A stretch of 64,000 nucleotides of DNA from NCBI RefSeq assembly GCF_022045235.1, contig NW_027266308.1, positions 54,746,001 to 54,810,000 on the forward strand. The letters run 5' to 3'. The stretch is from Haliotis cracherodii. Lineage: Eukaryota. The notes below the pieces were generated by a model. That model searched no databases and was not told the DNA's origin. It was given only the letters and a program-made list of their open reading frames with translations. Positions 63,420-64,000 of this stretch are shown piece by piece. The number at the start of each line of letters is the position of its first letter. Within the stretch, counting starts at the first letter, position 1. A program made the position numbers and the translations under genes.

Positions 63420-64000
63420 TCAAGTTCCATAACAAGTCATTAGTAGCGTGTGTGACCACTCAATACACGCAAAAACTCTTCGACGAACAGAAAAAGTCAG
63501 TCGTCTGATGAGGTCACGTGGGATTTGACGCCATTCTTTTTGGAGGGCCAAGATCAGTTCTTGCCGGTTGGCTGGAGAGTGTGGTCGCTGTCGAAAAGGA
63601 CGATCCATCAAGTCCCAGAGTTGTTCTATGGGGGACATGTCGGGTGAGCGTGCAGGCCACGGCAGGACGTTGACGTTGTTGGCTGCGAGGAAGTTAGTGA
63701 CAATTCTGGCTGTATGGGCTCTAGCGTTGTCATGCTGCTAAATGACACCACGTGGTTGCTGTTGGAGAAATGGTAGGACAACCGGACGAAGAATGTTATC
63801 CATGTAAGGCTGAGCTGTCAAGTTTCCGTCAACGATGACCAGCGGTGTGCTCTCCTGCCCACAGATCCCTCCCCACACCATGACACTCCCTCCACCATAT
63901 GGTCCGACCTCCTGCACGCAACACACCGCCGTTCGTTCACCCCTTTTGGCGGTAAACACGTTGTCTTCCATCAGCCCTAAACATACAGAATCGACTTTTG
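63420..64000 (-). pseudogene. Tc1-family (DD34E) transposase pseudogene, runs off the window
   Basis: GGGSVMVWGGI...ILRPVVLPF...(stop)QHDNARAHTAR...WPARSPDMSPIEQLW; in-frame stop at 63738-63740. Confidence 0.9.

Overview
Eukaryotic, intron-rich and repeat-dense invertebrate DNA. It is probably a mollusc, and the SINE repertoire looks abalone-like (inference only). Four spliced protein genes were reconstructed by hand with consistent splice phases. Three are tandem PMP22/claudin-superfamily four-transmembrane paralogues on the minus strand (891-6279, 14197-18648, 26306-28221). Head-to-head with them on the plus strand is an 18-exon Mind-bomb (MIB2-like) E3 ligase (34519-54202, 876 aa) with a single RING and a C-terminal CaaX motif (CKVQ). 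The rest is mobile and repetitive DNA: at least four SINE families, MITEs, decayed LINEs (I/Nimb-like, CR1/L2-like, R4-like, Penelope-like), a Harbinger-type element carrying a 6x143-bp array, a dead Tc1 transposase and about 15 minisatellites. The most unusual observations are: (1) six local duplications or minisatellites built from the genes' own exon-intron junctions, giving decoy splice sites; (2) the CaaX-terminated single-RING MIB paralogue, whose CaaX exon acceptor is duplicated; (3) palindromic elements carrying hammerhead-like cores; (4) a SINE with no tRNA head and a fixed, structured 5' end; (5) an inverted repeat bracketing the RING and CaaX exons. Repeat boundaries are read by eye and approximate, and no database searches were run.
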